Program-made: the position numbers and the translations under genes
Assembly (NCBI GenBank): GCA_000146045.2
Contig: BK006941.2
Coordinates: 992,001-1,056,000 of the forward strand
Source of the DNA: TPA_inf: Saccharomyces
Lineage: Eukaryota
DNA length: 64,000 nucleotides
Reading direction: 5' to 3'
Notes under the pieces: generated by a model
What the model was told of the DNA's origin: nothing
Databases searched by the model: none
Seen by the model: the letters and a program-made list of their open reading frames with translations, nothing else
Shown here: piece by piece, positions 34,654 through 45,799 of the stretch
Layout of the letters: each line of letters starts with the position of its first letter
How positions within the stretch are numbered: the first letter of the stretch is position 1

Positions 34654-35369
34654 AACAGTATGGTTTATACTCGTTTTATGGGTATTTTTTGGGACTGCTT
34701 AGTTCTTGACTTGAAGCCTCTTTATTCCCTTGATGGAAGTGTCACTATTAAAGATGGAGGCGGAGGCTATACCGTAGAAAATGATATGTTTGTATGTTCT
34801 GCTCTCTTCCCTCTATTAAAAGGGGGAAAGAGAAAAATAAATGGAAAAAAGCGATTAAGCCATAGGGAAAACACTCTTGTGGTGGCAAAGCATCAGATAG
34901 GCAGGCAGGAGGAAATGGCAGTGAAGTGTCAAACCAAGCATACTTTCACTGGATTGATTTGAAAGTTAATGCTGAGTTTGAGATGTTTTAAAGAGGAACT
35001 GTGGTGATCGGTTATTTCTATTCGCTTTTGTGTGCGTCTTTTCATCGTTTGCAGCTGAACTTGTTGAGGCATTAGCCGCTGAGGAATTTTTTTCTGCCTC
35101 TATAAACTTGTTTATTATCACTAAAAACGTACCGTCTGTTATTTTGTACGGCCATGTGTGCGAAAAAGGACAAAGTGGTAGCGAAAGAGCAATATTGGGA
35201 CGAAAAGGAGCAGAAAAGGAACTGCGTAGGGTCTTAAATAAAGCAAAACGTCTGAAGGATCTTGCGTACTCCTTACTAACCCATTGTTGTTTTCGACAGT
35301 CATAAAAAGAAGTTACCACGGTCTATTTCTCTCTTCTCGCTATTTATTCACAATTGGTGCAGAAAGAAC

Positions 35370-38300
35370 ATGGCACGAAATTTAAGGAATAGACGCGGTA
35401 GCGACGTTGAAGATGCAAGCAACGCAAAGGTTGGGTATGAAACACAGATTAAAGACGAAAATGGCATAATCCATACAACAACTCGCTCTTTGAGAAAAAT
35501 AAACTACGCAGAAATTGAGAAAGTGTTTGATTTTTTGGAAGATGACCAGGTCATGGACAAAGATGAGACGCCCGTTGATGTTACTAGTGATGAACATCAT
35601 AACAACAACCAGAAAGGCGATGATGAAGACGATGATGTTGATCTTGTATCACCGCACGAAAACGCCAGAACGAACGAAGAGCTTACTAATGAAAGGAACT
35701 TGAGAAAAAGAAAAGCGCATGATCCAGAAGAAGATGACGAAAGTTTTCATGAGGAAGATGTCGACGATGATGAAGAGGAGGAAGAAGCAGACGAATTTGA
35801 AGATGAGTATTTGGATGAAGACTCGAAGGATAACAACCGTCGGCGCAGAGCGGCCGATAGGAAATTTGTAGTACCAGACCCTGATGACGATGAAGAATAC
35901 GATGAGGATGACGAAGAAGGAGACAGAATAAGCCATTCGGCTTCTTCTAAACGTTTGAAAAGGGCAAATTCTCGAAGAACAAGATCGTCACGTCACCCAG
36001 AAACTCCACCACCGGTAAGAAGAGCTTTAAGAAGTAGGACAAGACATTCGCGTACTTCAAATGAAGAAAATGACGATGAGAATGATAATAGCAGGAATGA
36101 AGCGTTAACTTTAGCTGATGAAATTAGAGAGTTACAGGAAGATAGTCCTATCAGGGAAAAAAGATTTCTTCGCGAAAGAACTAAGCCGGTAAATTACAAA
36201 TTACCACCACCACTAACTGCTAGCAACGCAGAAGAATTTATAGATAAGAATAACAATGCACTTTCTTTTCATAACCCATCACCTGCACGGCGTGGTCGCG
36301 GTGGTTGGAATGCTAGTCAAAATTCTGGTCCCACAAGAAGGCTTTTTCCCACTGGTGGACCTTTTGGTGGCAATGACGTAACTACAATATTTGGTAAGAA
36401 TACTAATTTTTACAACCAAGTCCCATCTGCATTCAGTGATAATAACAACAATAAATTAATACTGGATTCAGACTCTTCCGATGATGAGATATTACCTCTT
36501 GGCGTGACACCGAAAACAAAGAAAGAGAACACGCAAAAAAAGAAGAAGAAAAAACCAGAAATTGCAGACCTCGATCCATTAGGCGTAGACATGAATGTAA
36601 ATTTTGACGATATAGGTGGTTTAGACAACTACATTGACCAATTAAAGGAAATGGTGGCCTTACCACTATTATACCCAGAATTGTATCAAAATTTTAATAT
36701 CACGCCCCCAAGGGGTGTTCTTTTCCATGGTCCTCCTGGTACGGGTAAAACACTTATGGCAAGAGCGTTAGCAGCAAGTTGTTCTTCTGATGAAAGGAAG
36801 ATCACATTTTTTATGCGTAAAGGTGCAGATATTTTATCCAAGTGGGTTGGTGAAGCTGAAAGACAACTCCGTTTGTTATTCGAAGAAGCTAAAAAACATC
36901 AACCTTCCATCATTTTTTTTGATGAAATCGACGGATTAGCGCCTGTGAGAAGTTCCAAACAAGAACAGATCCATGCTAGTATTGTTTCCACATTATTAGC
37001 GCTGATGGATGGTATGGACAATAGAGGCCAAGTCATTGTCATCGGAGCCACAAATCGACCCGATGCAGTGGATCCCGCATTAAGAAGGCCGGGAAGATTT
37101 GATAGAGAATTTTATTTTCCATTACCTGATGTTAAAGCACGTTTTAAAATTTTGCAAATTCAGACCAGGAAATGGAGTTCACCGTTGTCAACCAACTTCA
37201 TTGATAAATTGGCTTTTTTGACCAAAGGATATGGTGGTGCTGATCTGAGGTCCCTATGCACTGAGGCTGCACTAATAAGTATACAAAGAAGCTTTCCTCA
37301 AATTTATAGGTCAAATGATAAACTCTTGGTGGACCCTTCTAAGATTAAAGTCAAAGTTAGCGATTTCATGTTAGCTTTGAAAAAAATTGTTCCGTCATCT
37401 GCGAGATCTACTGGTAGTTCTCCTCAGCCACTACCTGAATTAATCAAACCATTACTGGCAGATCAACTTAATAATTTAAAGAACAAGCTGGATTATATGC
37501 TGAACATTAAAGACACAACTTTTCAGAGAAACACATCATTGCTACAAAATTTCATCGATTATGAAGAATACAGTGGAGAGGAAGAAGAGCATGACAAATA
37601 TGGAGGAAATGAAGATACATCCAGTTTTAGATCATATGAGTTTTTCGAATCGATGGCGGAATCACAAATTTGTAAACCTCGGTTATTAATAAATGGGCCC
37701 AAGGGAAATGGTCAACAATATGTCGGAGCCGCAATTTTAAATTATTTAGAAGAATTCAACGTCCAAAACCTGGACCTTGCCTCTTTGGTTTCGGAAAGTT
37801 CTAGGACTATTGAAGCTGCTGTAGTGCAAAGTTTTATGGAAGCAAAGAAAAGACAGCCCTCAGTTGTATTTATTCCTAATTTAGACATTTGGATCAACAC
37901 TATTCCAGAAAACGTTATTTTAGTCTTATCAGGTTTGTTCAGATCTTTACAAAGCAATGAAAAAATTCTTCTATTATGCTTAGCTGAAAATCTTGATATA
38001 TCTGAAGTTAAAAATGGTATTTTATCTGATTTTGCTTTTGATAAAAATATCTTTCAACTGCATAAACCATCCAAAGAGAATATAACGAGGTATTTTTCTA
38101 ATTTAATTGAACTACTGAAAACAAAGCCAAGTGATATTCCCATGAAAAAGAGAAGAGTCAAACCGTTACCTGAATTACAAAAAGTAACTTCAAACGCAGC
38201 TCCAACAAATTTTGATGAAAATGGTGAGCCACTGTCTGAAAAAGTGGTATTAAGAAGGAAGTTGAAATCTTTTCAACACCAAGATATGAGATTGAAAAAT

Positions 38301-39509
38301 GTGTTAAAAATCAAACTCTCAGGCTTGATGGATCTTTTTAAAAACAGATATAAAAGGTTTAGAAAACCACCTATTGATGATGCCTTCTTGGTTCATCTTT
38401 TCGAACCAGAGACAAGCAATGATCCCAATTGGCAACCTGCATATATAAAAGATGAGAACATGATTCTGGAGGTTTCAACAGGGCGAAAGTTTTTTAACAT
38501 GGATTTGGATATTGTCGAAGAGAGACTTTGGAATGGCTATTACTCAGAACCAAAACAGTTTTTAAAAGACATTGAACTGATATACAGGGATGCAAATACC
38601 ATTGGGGACAGAGAACGTGTCATTAAGGCCTCTGAGATGTTTGCCAACGCGCAAATGGGTATCGAAGAAATTTCAACCCCGGATTTTATTCAAGAGTGTA
38701 AAGCTACTCGCCAAAGGGATTTGGAAAGGCAGGAACTTTTCTTAGAAGATGAAGAGAAAAGAGCTGCAATGGAATTAGAAGCCAAAGAACAGAGTCAAGA
38801 AAATATACTGCAAGAACCTGATTTAAAGGATAACAAGGCTAATGAGTTTGGTGTAGCTGCTGGTAATCAATTGCAAGCTCAGCTGCAAACAACTATCAAT
38901 ACAGCCTCTATCGTTAATAACAGCGAGGTCCCTCAACCAATTGATACCAACCTGTATAAAAAGGAGATTCCTGCGGCAATTCCCTCTGCAGTAGATAAAG
39001 AAAAAGCGGTCATCCCTGAGGATAGCGGTGCAAATGAAGAATACACAACGGAACTGATACAGGCCACTTGCACGTCAGAGATAACCACCGATGATGATGA
39101 AAGGGCCAGAAAAGAACCAAAAGAGAATGAAGACTCTTTGCAAACGCAGGTTACGGAAGAAAACTTCAGCAAAATAGACGCTAATACTAATAATATAAAT
39201 CACGTAAAGGAAATTCAATCGGTTAACAAACCAAATTCCCTCCACGAAACGGTAGAAAAAAGGGAACGAAGTCCGATACCAAAAGAGGTTGTGGAACCGG
39301 AGCAAGGGAAGAAGAGCGACAAGGAGCTTATTTTGACGCCCGAACAAATAAAAAAAGTATCTGCATGCTTAATCGAACACTGTCAGAATTTTACGGTTTC
39401 TCAATTAGAAGATGTTCATTCGTCCGTTGCAAAAATAATATGGAAAAGTAAATCAGCATGGGATAAAACAGGAACTGTCGATGAAATAATAAAATTTTTA
39501 TCTGAATAA
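35370..39509 (+). CDS. YTA7: Chromatin-associated AAA+ ATPase with a bromodomain-like region, 1379 aa
   Basis: An acidic N-terminus (DDDEE runs), an AAA domain with Walker A GPPGTGKT and Walker B IIFFDEIDG, and a second degenerate AAA-like region. Length matches YGR270W. Confidence 0.93.
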   Translation: MARNLRNRRGSDVEDASNAKVGYETQIKDENGIIHTTTRSLRKINYAEIEKVFDFLEDDQVMDKDETPVDVTSDEHHNNNQKGDDEDDDVDLVSPHENARTNEELTNERNLRKRKAHDPEEDDESFHEEDVDDDEEEEEADEFEDEYLDEDSKDNNRRRRAADRKFVVPDPDDDEEYDEDDEEGDRISHSASSKRLKRANSRRTRSSRHPETPPPVRRALRSRTRHSRTSNEENDDENDNSRNEALTLADEIRELQEDSPIREKRFLRERTKPVNYKLPPPLTASNAEEFIDKNNNALSFHNPSPARRGRGGWNASQNSGPTRRLFPTGGPFGGNDVTTIFGKNTNFYNQVPSAFSDNNNNKLILDSDSSDDEILPLGVTPKTKKENTQKKKKKKPEIADLDPLGVDMNVNFDDIGGLDNYIDQLKEMVALPLLYPELYQNFNITPPRGVLFHGPPGTGKTLMARALAASCSSDERKITFFMRKGADILSKWVGEAERQLRLLFEEAKKHQPSIIFFDEIDGLAPVRSSKQEQIHASIVSTLLALMDGMDNRGQVIVIGATNRPDAVDPALRRPGRFDREFYFPLPDVKARFKILQIQTRKWSSPLSTNFIDKLAFLTKGYGGADLRSLCTEAALISIQRSFPQIYRSNDKLLVDPSKIKVKVSDFMLALKKIVPSSARSTGSSPQPLPELIKPLLADQLNNLKNKLDYMLNIKDTTFQRNTSLLQNFIDYEEYSGEEEEHDKYGGNEDTSSFRSYEFFESMAESQICKPRLLINGPKGNGQQYVGAAILNYLEEFNVQNLDLASLVSESSRTIEAAVVQSFMEAKKRQPSVVFIPNLDIWINTIPENVILVLSGLFRSLQSNEKILLLCLAENLDISEVKNGILSDFAFDKNIFQLHKPSKENITRYFSNLIELLKTKPSDIPMKKRRVKPLPELQKVTSNAAPTNFDENGEPLSEKVVLRRKLKSFQHQDMRLKNVLKIKLSGLMDLFKNRYKRFRKPPIDDAFLVHLFEPETSNDPNWQPAYIKDENMILEVSTGRKFFNMDLDIVEERLWNGYYSEPKQFLKDIELIYRDANTIGDRERVIKASEMFANAQMGIEEISTPDFIQECKATRQRDLERQELFLEDEEKRAAMELEAKEQSQENILQEPDLKDNKANEFGVAAGNQLQAQLQTTINTASIVNNSEVPQPIDTNLYKKEIPAAIPSAVDKEKAVIPEDSGANEEYTTELIQATCTSEITTDDDERARKEPKENEDSLQTQVTEENFSKIDANTNNINHVKEIQSVNKPNSLHETVEKRERSPIPKEVVEPEQGKKSDKELILTPEQIKKVSACLIEHCQNFTVSQLEDVHSSVAKIIWKSKSAWDKTGTVDEIIKFLSE

Positions 39510-39790
39510 GCAGGAGTCCATAATGTTTATATAATTCTTAAATGTAGTTAGTTCATATACATGAATGTGCACTTTTCTTGAAAAGAAATAGATTTAAAAC
39601 CACACCTTGTATATATATTATGCTTTTTTCCACTACTTTATTTTAACAGTCACTGTTCTGGCATACGTTTCGGGTAATGACCGAGAATGGAATATGTATT
39701 GAACATATTGAAATTAAACATGTTCATAATATCTTCTAACACCATTGGAATTGTGAGAAGTAGATCCGTACCATCAATAGCCGGCTCAAG

Positions 39791-42700
39791 ATGTCAACTG
39801 AATACTCTGCTGATTCATCTAAATCATTTATGATTGCAATGCAATCTATGATTGATACTTCACAAACCTTTAATCTAGATAGATCGAAAATCTCTTTACC
39901 AGATTTTGATGACGAGCTAAAAAAAGTCCAAAAGGATGAACAAAATCAAAGAACTGAACTAACTGTTCTCTCACAAGATAGAAATGATTGGGATGATATA
40001 TTTGAGGAGTTTAAAGACATTTCATTTGCTCAACTGCAATCTATAATTGATTCATACAAAACAAAGAATGCAGTTGCAGTATATAAAAAAATTGGAAAAC
40101 TAATCAATGAAGCTGAAACGACACTAAGCAGCAATGTATTATTAGAAACTGTACTGCAAATGGTTTATAAACATCAAAAGCAAGAGTTAGAGAAAGAATT
40201 GTTGGATTTTTTAGGAACAGGGAATATAGACCTTGTTTCTCTGTTACTTCAGCATAGAAGAATGATCGTTGCTACACCTATAGAAACGACGATTCTGCTA
40301 ATAAAAAATGCGGTCAATTCAACGCCAGAGTTCCTGACACAGCAAGATATCAGGAATCAAGTTTTGAAAAGTGCAGAGGATGCCAAGAATAGGAAATTAA
40401 ATCCCGCCACTAAAATAATCAAGTACCCACACGTCTTCAGAAAATATGAAGCAGGATCCACTACAGCTATGGCCTTTGCCGGTCAAAAATTCACTTTGCC
40501 AGTAGGGACTACAAGGATGTCGTACAATACCCATGAAGAAATTATAATTCCGGCAGCAGATCAGGCATCCAACAAGAACTATCTCTATACAAAACTATTG
40601 AAAATAAGTGATTTGGATCATTTTTGCAAGACTGTATTTCCCTATGAAACTTTAAACCAAATACAATCCCTTGTTTACCCCGTAGCTTATAAAACAAATG
40701 AAAATATGCTAATTTGTGCACCTACTGGTGCAGGTAAAACAGACATTGCATTACTGACAATAATTAATACAATAAAACAATTCTCCGTGGTCAACGGGGA
40801 AAATGAAATTGATATTCAATATGATGATTTTAAAGTTATTTATGTTGCCCCTTTGAAAGCACTCGCTGCTGAAATCGTCGACAAGTTTAGTAAGAAATTG
40901 GCGCCTTTTAATATACAAGTAAGGGAGTTAACAGGCGATATGCAATTGACAAAGGCGGAAATTTTAGCCACTCAAGTAATAGTCACAACCCCTGAGAAAT
41001 GGGACGTTGTCACCCGTAAAGCAAACGGCGACAACGATTTGGTTTCAAAGGTCAAATTACTAATTATTGATGAAGTTCATTTACTGCACGAAGATAGAGG
41101 TTCGGTTATTGAAACTTTAGTTGCACGTACCTTGAGACAGGTAGAAAGCTCTCAATCAATGATTCGTATTATCGGTCTATCAGCTACATTACCCAATTTT
41201 ATGGATGTAGCAGATTTCTTAGGAGTAAATAGACAGATCGGAATGTTCTATTTTGATCAATCATTCCGTCCAAAGCCTCTAGAGCAGCAACTTTTGGGCT
41301 GTAGAGGTAAGGCAGGTAGTAGACAAAGTAAAGAGAATATCGATAAAGTCGCTTACGACAAATTGAGTGAAATGATTCAAAGAGGGTACCAGGTAATGGT
41401 ATTTGTCCACTCAAGAAAGGAAACTGTTAAAAGTGCAAGAAACTTTATCAAACTAGCAGAATCTAACCACGAAGTTGACCTTTTTGCACCTGACCCTATC
41501 GAAAAGGATAAATATTCTAGAAGTTTAGTGAAGAACAGAGACAAGGATATGAAGGAGATTTTTCAATTTGGTTTTGGTATCCATCATGCTGGTATGGCCC
41601 GTTCAGATAGAAATCTTACTGAAAAAATGTTTAAAGACGGTGCTATCAAGGTACTGTGTTGTACTGCAACATTAGCATGGGGTGTTAATTTACCTGCTGA
41701 TTGTGTTATCATCAAGGGTACACAAGTATATGATTCTAAAAAGGGTGGATTCATAGATCTAGGTATTTCAGATGTTATTCAGATTTTTGGCAGGGGTGGT
41801 AGGCCGGGCTTCGGTTCCGCAAATGGTACGGGTATTTTATGTACTTCCAATGATCGTCTGGATCATTATGTTTCCTTAATTACTCAACAACACCCTATCG
41901 AATCTAGATTCGGTTCCAAGTTGGTTGATAACCTGAACGCCGAAATTTCATTGGGGAGCGTGACAAATGTAGATGAAGCAATCGAATGGCTTGGTTACAC
42001 ATACATGTTTGTTCGTATGAGAAAAAATCCTTTTACTTACGGTATTGATTGGGAGGAAATTGCAAATGACCCGCAATTATATGAACGGAGGAGAAAAATG
42101 ATCGTAGTAGCTGCAAGGCGATTACATGCTCTCCAAATGATTGTGTTCGATGAAGTGTCAATGCATTTCATTGCAAAGGATTTGGGCAGGGTGTCCTCTG
42201 ATTTTTATCTTTTGAACGAATCCGTCGAGATATTCAATCAAATGTGTGATCCCAGAGCCACCGAAGCTGATGTATTGTCCATGATCAGTATGAGCAGTGA
42301 ATTTGACGGTATAAAATTTAGAGAAGAAGAATCCAAGGAGTTGAAGAGACTTTCTGATGAATCTGTTGAGTGCCAGATTGGAAGCCAACTTGACACCCCT
42401 CAAGGTAAAGCAAACGTGCTATTACAGGCTTATATTTCCCAGACTAGAATTTTTGACTCAGCACTATCATCCGATTCGAATTATGTTGCTCAGAACTCTG
42501 TTAGAATTTGTAGAGCATTGTTTTTAATAGGTGTCAATAGAAGATGGGGTAAATTTTCAAACGTCATGCTAAATATTTGCAAATCTATTGAAAAGAGGCT
42601 CTGGGCCTTTGATCACCCTCTCTGTCAGTTTGATTTGCCTGAAAATATTATCAGACGCATCAGAGATACTAAACCTTCCATGGAGCATCTTTTAGAATTA

Positions 42701-45694
42701 GAGGCAGATGAGCTCGGAGAGCTGGTGCATAATAAGAAGGCCGGGTCTAGGTTATATAAAATATTGAGCCGATTTCCAAAGATTAATATAGAAGCTGAGA
42801 TTTTCCCCATTACAACAAATGTAATGAGGATACATATTGCATTAGGTCCAGACTTTGTATGGGATTCCCGGATACATGGTGATGCACAGTTTTTTTGGGT
42901 TTTCGTTGAAGAATCTGATAAGTCGCAAATCCTTCATTTTGAAAAGTTCATCTTAAACAGAAGGCAGTTGAATAATCAGCATGAAATGGACTTCATGATC
43001 CCATTGTCAGACCCTTTGCCTCCGCAGGTTGTCGTAAAGGTTGTGTCGGATACTTGGATTGGCTGTGAATCGACCCATGCCATCTCTTTTCAACATTTAA
43101 TCAGACCATTTAACGAAACTTTACAGACAAAATTGTTGAAGTTACGTCCTCTACCTACATCAGCCCTCCAGAATCCTTTAATTGAGTCAATTTATCCTTT
43201 CAAGTATTTCAATCCCATGCAAACTATGACATTTTATACACTTTACAATACCAATGAGAATGCGTTTGTTGGCTCGCCTACAGGTTCTGGTAAAACGATT
43301 GTGGCTGAATTGGCTATATGGCATGCCTTCAAAACATTTCCTGGGAAAAAGATTGTTTATATCGCACCAATGAAAGCATTAGTACGTGAAAGGGTTGATG
43401 ACTGGAGAAAGAAAATAACACCAGTGACCGGAGATAAAGTTGTAGAGTTAACCGGTGATTCTTTGCCAGATCCTAAAGATGTGCATGATGCCACCATTGT
43501 TATTACAACTCCAGAAAAGTTTGATGGTATTTCCCGTAATTGGCAAACTCGTAAGTTTGTTCAAGATGTATCTTTAATTATCATGGATGAAATTCATTTG
43601 TTGGCTAGTGATCGTGGTCCTATCTTAGAAATGATTGTTAGTCGTATGAATTATATTTCCTCTCAAACCAAGCAACCGGTCAGACTGCTAGGTATGTCAA
43701 CTGCTGTTTCAAACGCCTACGACATGGCTGGCTGGTTGGGAGTTAAGGACCACGGACTGTATAACTTCCCGTCAAGCGTCCGTCCGGTTCCATTGAAAAT
43801 GTACATTGATGGATTTCCAGATAATTTGGCATTCTGTCCTCTGATGAAAACAATGAACAAACCTGTGTTTATGGCCATTAAACAACATTCACCTGATAAA
43901 CCAGCATTAATATTTGTTGCATCGCGTAGACAAACTAGACTAACGGCTTTAGACTTGATCCACTTATGTGGAATGGAAGATAATCCACGTAGGTTTTTGA
44001 ATATAGACGATGAGGAGGAACTGCAATATTACTTATCACAGGTCACTGACGACACTTTAAAGTTATCACTCCAGTTCGGTATTGGATTGCATCATGCAGG
44101 TCTAGTGCAAAAAGATCGTTCTATTTCTCATCAGTTGTTTCAAAAAAACAAAATTCAGATTCTGATCGCTACATCAACCCTAGCGTGGGGTGTCAATTTG
44201 CCAGCTCACTTGGTTATCATCAAAGGTACACAATTTTTTGATGCAAAAATTGAAGGATATAGAGATATGGATTTAACAGATATCTTGCAAATGATGGGGA
44301 GAGCTGGTAGACCGGCTTATGACACTACAGGTACTGCTATCGTTTATACAAAAGAGTCCAAAAAAATGTTTTATAAACATTTCCTAAACGTTGGTTTTCC
44401 TGTCGAGTCCTCCTTGCACAAGGTATTAGATGATCATTTAGGTGCAGAAATAACGTCAGGTAGCATAACTAATAAGCAAGAAGCGTTAGATTTTTTGAGT
44501 TGGACATTTTTGTTTCGTAGAGCGCATCATAACCCGACATATTATGGCATTGAAGATGATACAAGTACAGCAGGAGTCAGTGAACATTTGAGTTCTTTGA
44601 TAGATAGCACATTAGAAAATCTGCGAGAATCACAATGTGTTTTATTACATGGAGATGATATTGTTGCTACGCCATTCTTAAGTATATCCTCATACTACTA
44701 TATTTCACATTTAACGATACGCCAATTATTGAAACAGATACATGATCATGCGACTTTTCAAGAGGTATTACGATGGTTATCGTTGGCTGTTGAGTATAAT
44801 GAATTGCCTGTAAGAGGTGGTGAAATTATCATGAATGAAGAAATGTCGCAGCAATCGAGGTACTCCGTTGAAAGCACTTTTACCGATGAATTCGAATTAC
44901 CGATGTGGGATCCACATGTAAAAACATTTTTATTACTTCAAGCTCATTTAAGCCGTGTAGATTTACCGATTGCAGATTATATCCAGGATACCGTATCAGT
45001 TTTGGATCAATCTCTACGTATTCTACAGGCTTATATTGATGTCGCCAGTGAATTGGGTTACTTTCATACGGTATTGACCATGATAAAGATGATGCAATGC
45101 ATAAAGCAAGGGTATTGGTATGAAGACGATCCTGTTAGTGTACTTCCAGGATTACAACTGAGAAGAATCAAAGATTACACTTTTAGCGAGCAGGGGTTCA
45201 TTGAAATGACGCCGCAGCAAAAGAAGAAAAAGCTGTTAACCTTGGAGGAAATAGGAAGGTTTGGATATAAGAAATTATTAAATGTTTTTGATCAACTAAC
45301 TTTTGGAATGACAGAAAGCGAAGATACGAAAAAACGTTTCGTCAGTGTCTGCCAAAGATTACCGGTTTTAGAAGGCATGAAATTTGAAGAACAGGAAAAT
45401 AACGAGGTGTTAACATTTTATAGCAAGCACCTTTCTAGTAAGCATAATAATGGGTTTGAAGTATATTGTGATAAATTCCCTAAGATACAAAAAGAACTAT
45501 GGTTTTTAATTGGACACAAAGGCGATGAACTGCTGATGATTAAAAGGTGTCAACCAAAACAAATGAATAAAGAGGTCATAATACATTGTGATCTATTTAT
45601 TCCCGAAGAAATTCGTGGCGAAGAATTGCAATTTTCCCTTATTAATGACGCTTTAGGATTACGTTATGATATGGTCCATAAACTAATCTCTTAG
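39791..45694 (+). CDS. SLH1: Ski2/Brr2-like tandem-cassette DExH RNA helicase (ribosome quality control), 1967 aa
   Basis: Two consecutive helicase cassettes, each with a Walker A motif (CAPTGAGKT, then SPTGSGKT) and a DExH box (DEVHLL, then DEIHLL), each followed by a Sec63-like region. Length matches YGR271W. Confidence 0.95.
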   Translation: MSTEYSADSSKSFMIAMQSMIDTSQTFNLDRSKISLPDFDDELKKVQKDEQNQRTELTVLSQDRNDWDDIFEEFKDISFAQLQSIIDSYKTKNAVAVYKKIGKLINEAETTLSSNVLLETVLQMVYKHQKQELEKELLDFLGTGNIDLVSLLLQHRRMIVATPIETTILLIKNAVNSTPEFLTQQDIRNQVLKSAEDAKNRKLNPATKIIKYPHVFRKYEAGSTTAMAFAGQKFTLPVGTTRMSYNTHEEIIIPAADQASNKNYLYTKLLKISDLDHFCKTVFPYETLNQIQSLVYPVAYKTNENMLICAPTGAGKTDIALLTIINTIKQFSVVNGENEIDIQYDDFKVIYVAPLKALAAEIVDKFSKKLAPFNIQVRELTGDMQLTKAEILATQVIVTTPEKWDVVTRKANGDNDLVSKVKLLIIDEVHLLHEDRGSVIETLVARTLRQVESSQSMIRIIGLSATLPNFMDVADFLGVNRQIGMFYFDQSFRPKPLEQQLLGCRGKAGSRQSKENIDKVAYDKLSEMIQRGYQVMVFVHSRKETVKSARNFIKLAESNHEVDLFAPDPIEKDKYSRSLVKNRDKDMKEIFQFGFGIHHAGMARSDRNLTEKMFKDGAIKVLCCTATLAWGVNLPADCVIIKGTQVYDSKKGGFIDLGISDVIQIFGRGGRPGFGSANGTGILCTSNDRLDHYVSLITQQHPIESRFGSKLVDNLNAEISLGSVTNVDEAIEWLGYTYMFVRMRKNPFTYGIDWEEIANDPQLYERRRKMIVVAARRLHALQMIVFDEVSMHFIAKDLGRVSSDFYLLNESVEIFNQMCDPRATEADVLSMISMSSEFDGIKFREEESKELKRLSDESVECQIGSQLDTPQGKANVLLQAYISQTRIFDSALSSDSNYVAQNSVRICRALFLIGVNRRWGKFSNVMLNICKSIEKRLWAFDHPLCQFDLPENIIRRIRDTKPSMEHLLELEADELGELVHNKKAGSRLYKILSRFPKINIEAEIFPITTNVMRIHIALGPDFVWDSRIHGDAQFFWVFVEESDKSQILHFEKFILNRRQLNNQHEMDFMIPLSDPLPPQVVVKVVSDTWIGCESTHAISFQHLIRPFNETLQTKLLKLRPLPTSALQNPLIESIYPFKYFNPMQTMTFYTLYNTNENAFVGSPTGSGKTIVAELAIWHAFKTFPGKKIVYIAPMKALVRERVDDWRKKITPVTGDKVVELTGDSLPDPKDVHDATIVITTPEKFDGISRNWQTRKFVQDVSLIIMDEIHLLASDRGPILEMIVSRMNYISSQTKQPVRLLGMSTAVSNAYDMAGWLGVKDHGLYNFPSSVRPVPLKMYIDGFPDNLAFCPLMKTMNKPVFMAIKQHSPDKPALIFVASRRQTRLTALDLIHLCGMEDNPRRFLNIDDEEELQYYLSQVTDDTLKLSLQFGIGLHHAGLVQKDRSISHQLFQKNKIQILIATSTLAWGVNLPAHLVIIKGTQFFDAKIEGYRDMDLTDILQMMGRAGRPAYDTTGTAIVYTKESKKMFYKHFLNVGFPVESSLHKVLDDHLGAEITSGSITNKQEALDFLSWTFLFRRAHHNPTYYGIEDDTSTAGVSEHLSSLIDSTLENLRESQCVLLHGDDIVATPFLSISSYYYISHLTIRQLLKQIHDHATFQEVLRWLSLAVEYNELPVRGGEIIMNEEMSQQSRYSVESTFTDEFELPMWDPHVKTFLLLQAHLSRVDLPIADYIQDTVSVLDQSLRILQAYIDVASELGYFHTVLTMIKMMQCIKQGYWYEDDPVSVLPGLQLRRIKDYTFSEQGFIEMTPQQKKKKLLTLEEIGRFGYKKLLNVFDQLTFGMTESEDTKKRFVSVCQRLPVLEGMKFEEQENNEVLTFYSKHLSSKHNNGFEVYCDKFPKIQKELWFLIGHKGDELLMIKRCQPKQMNKEVIIHCDLFIPEEIRGEELQFSLINDALGLRYDMVHKLIS

Positions 45695-45799
45695 TGAGAC
45701 ACAATTAAAACAACAATTATTTTGTGAAAGATAACAGTGGAAATCTATCTAGTATACATCTTCGTATATATTTTCTTACATAACGCATTTAGAATTTTT

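Noticed and set aside
34636-34962. Plus-strand ORF overlapping the HUA1 start (dubious YGR269W)
   Set aside because: It overlaps the HUA1 N-terminus in antisense. There is no conserved motif.
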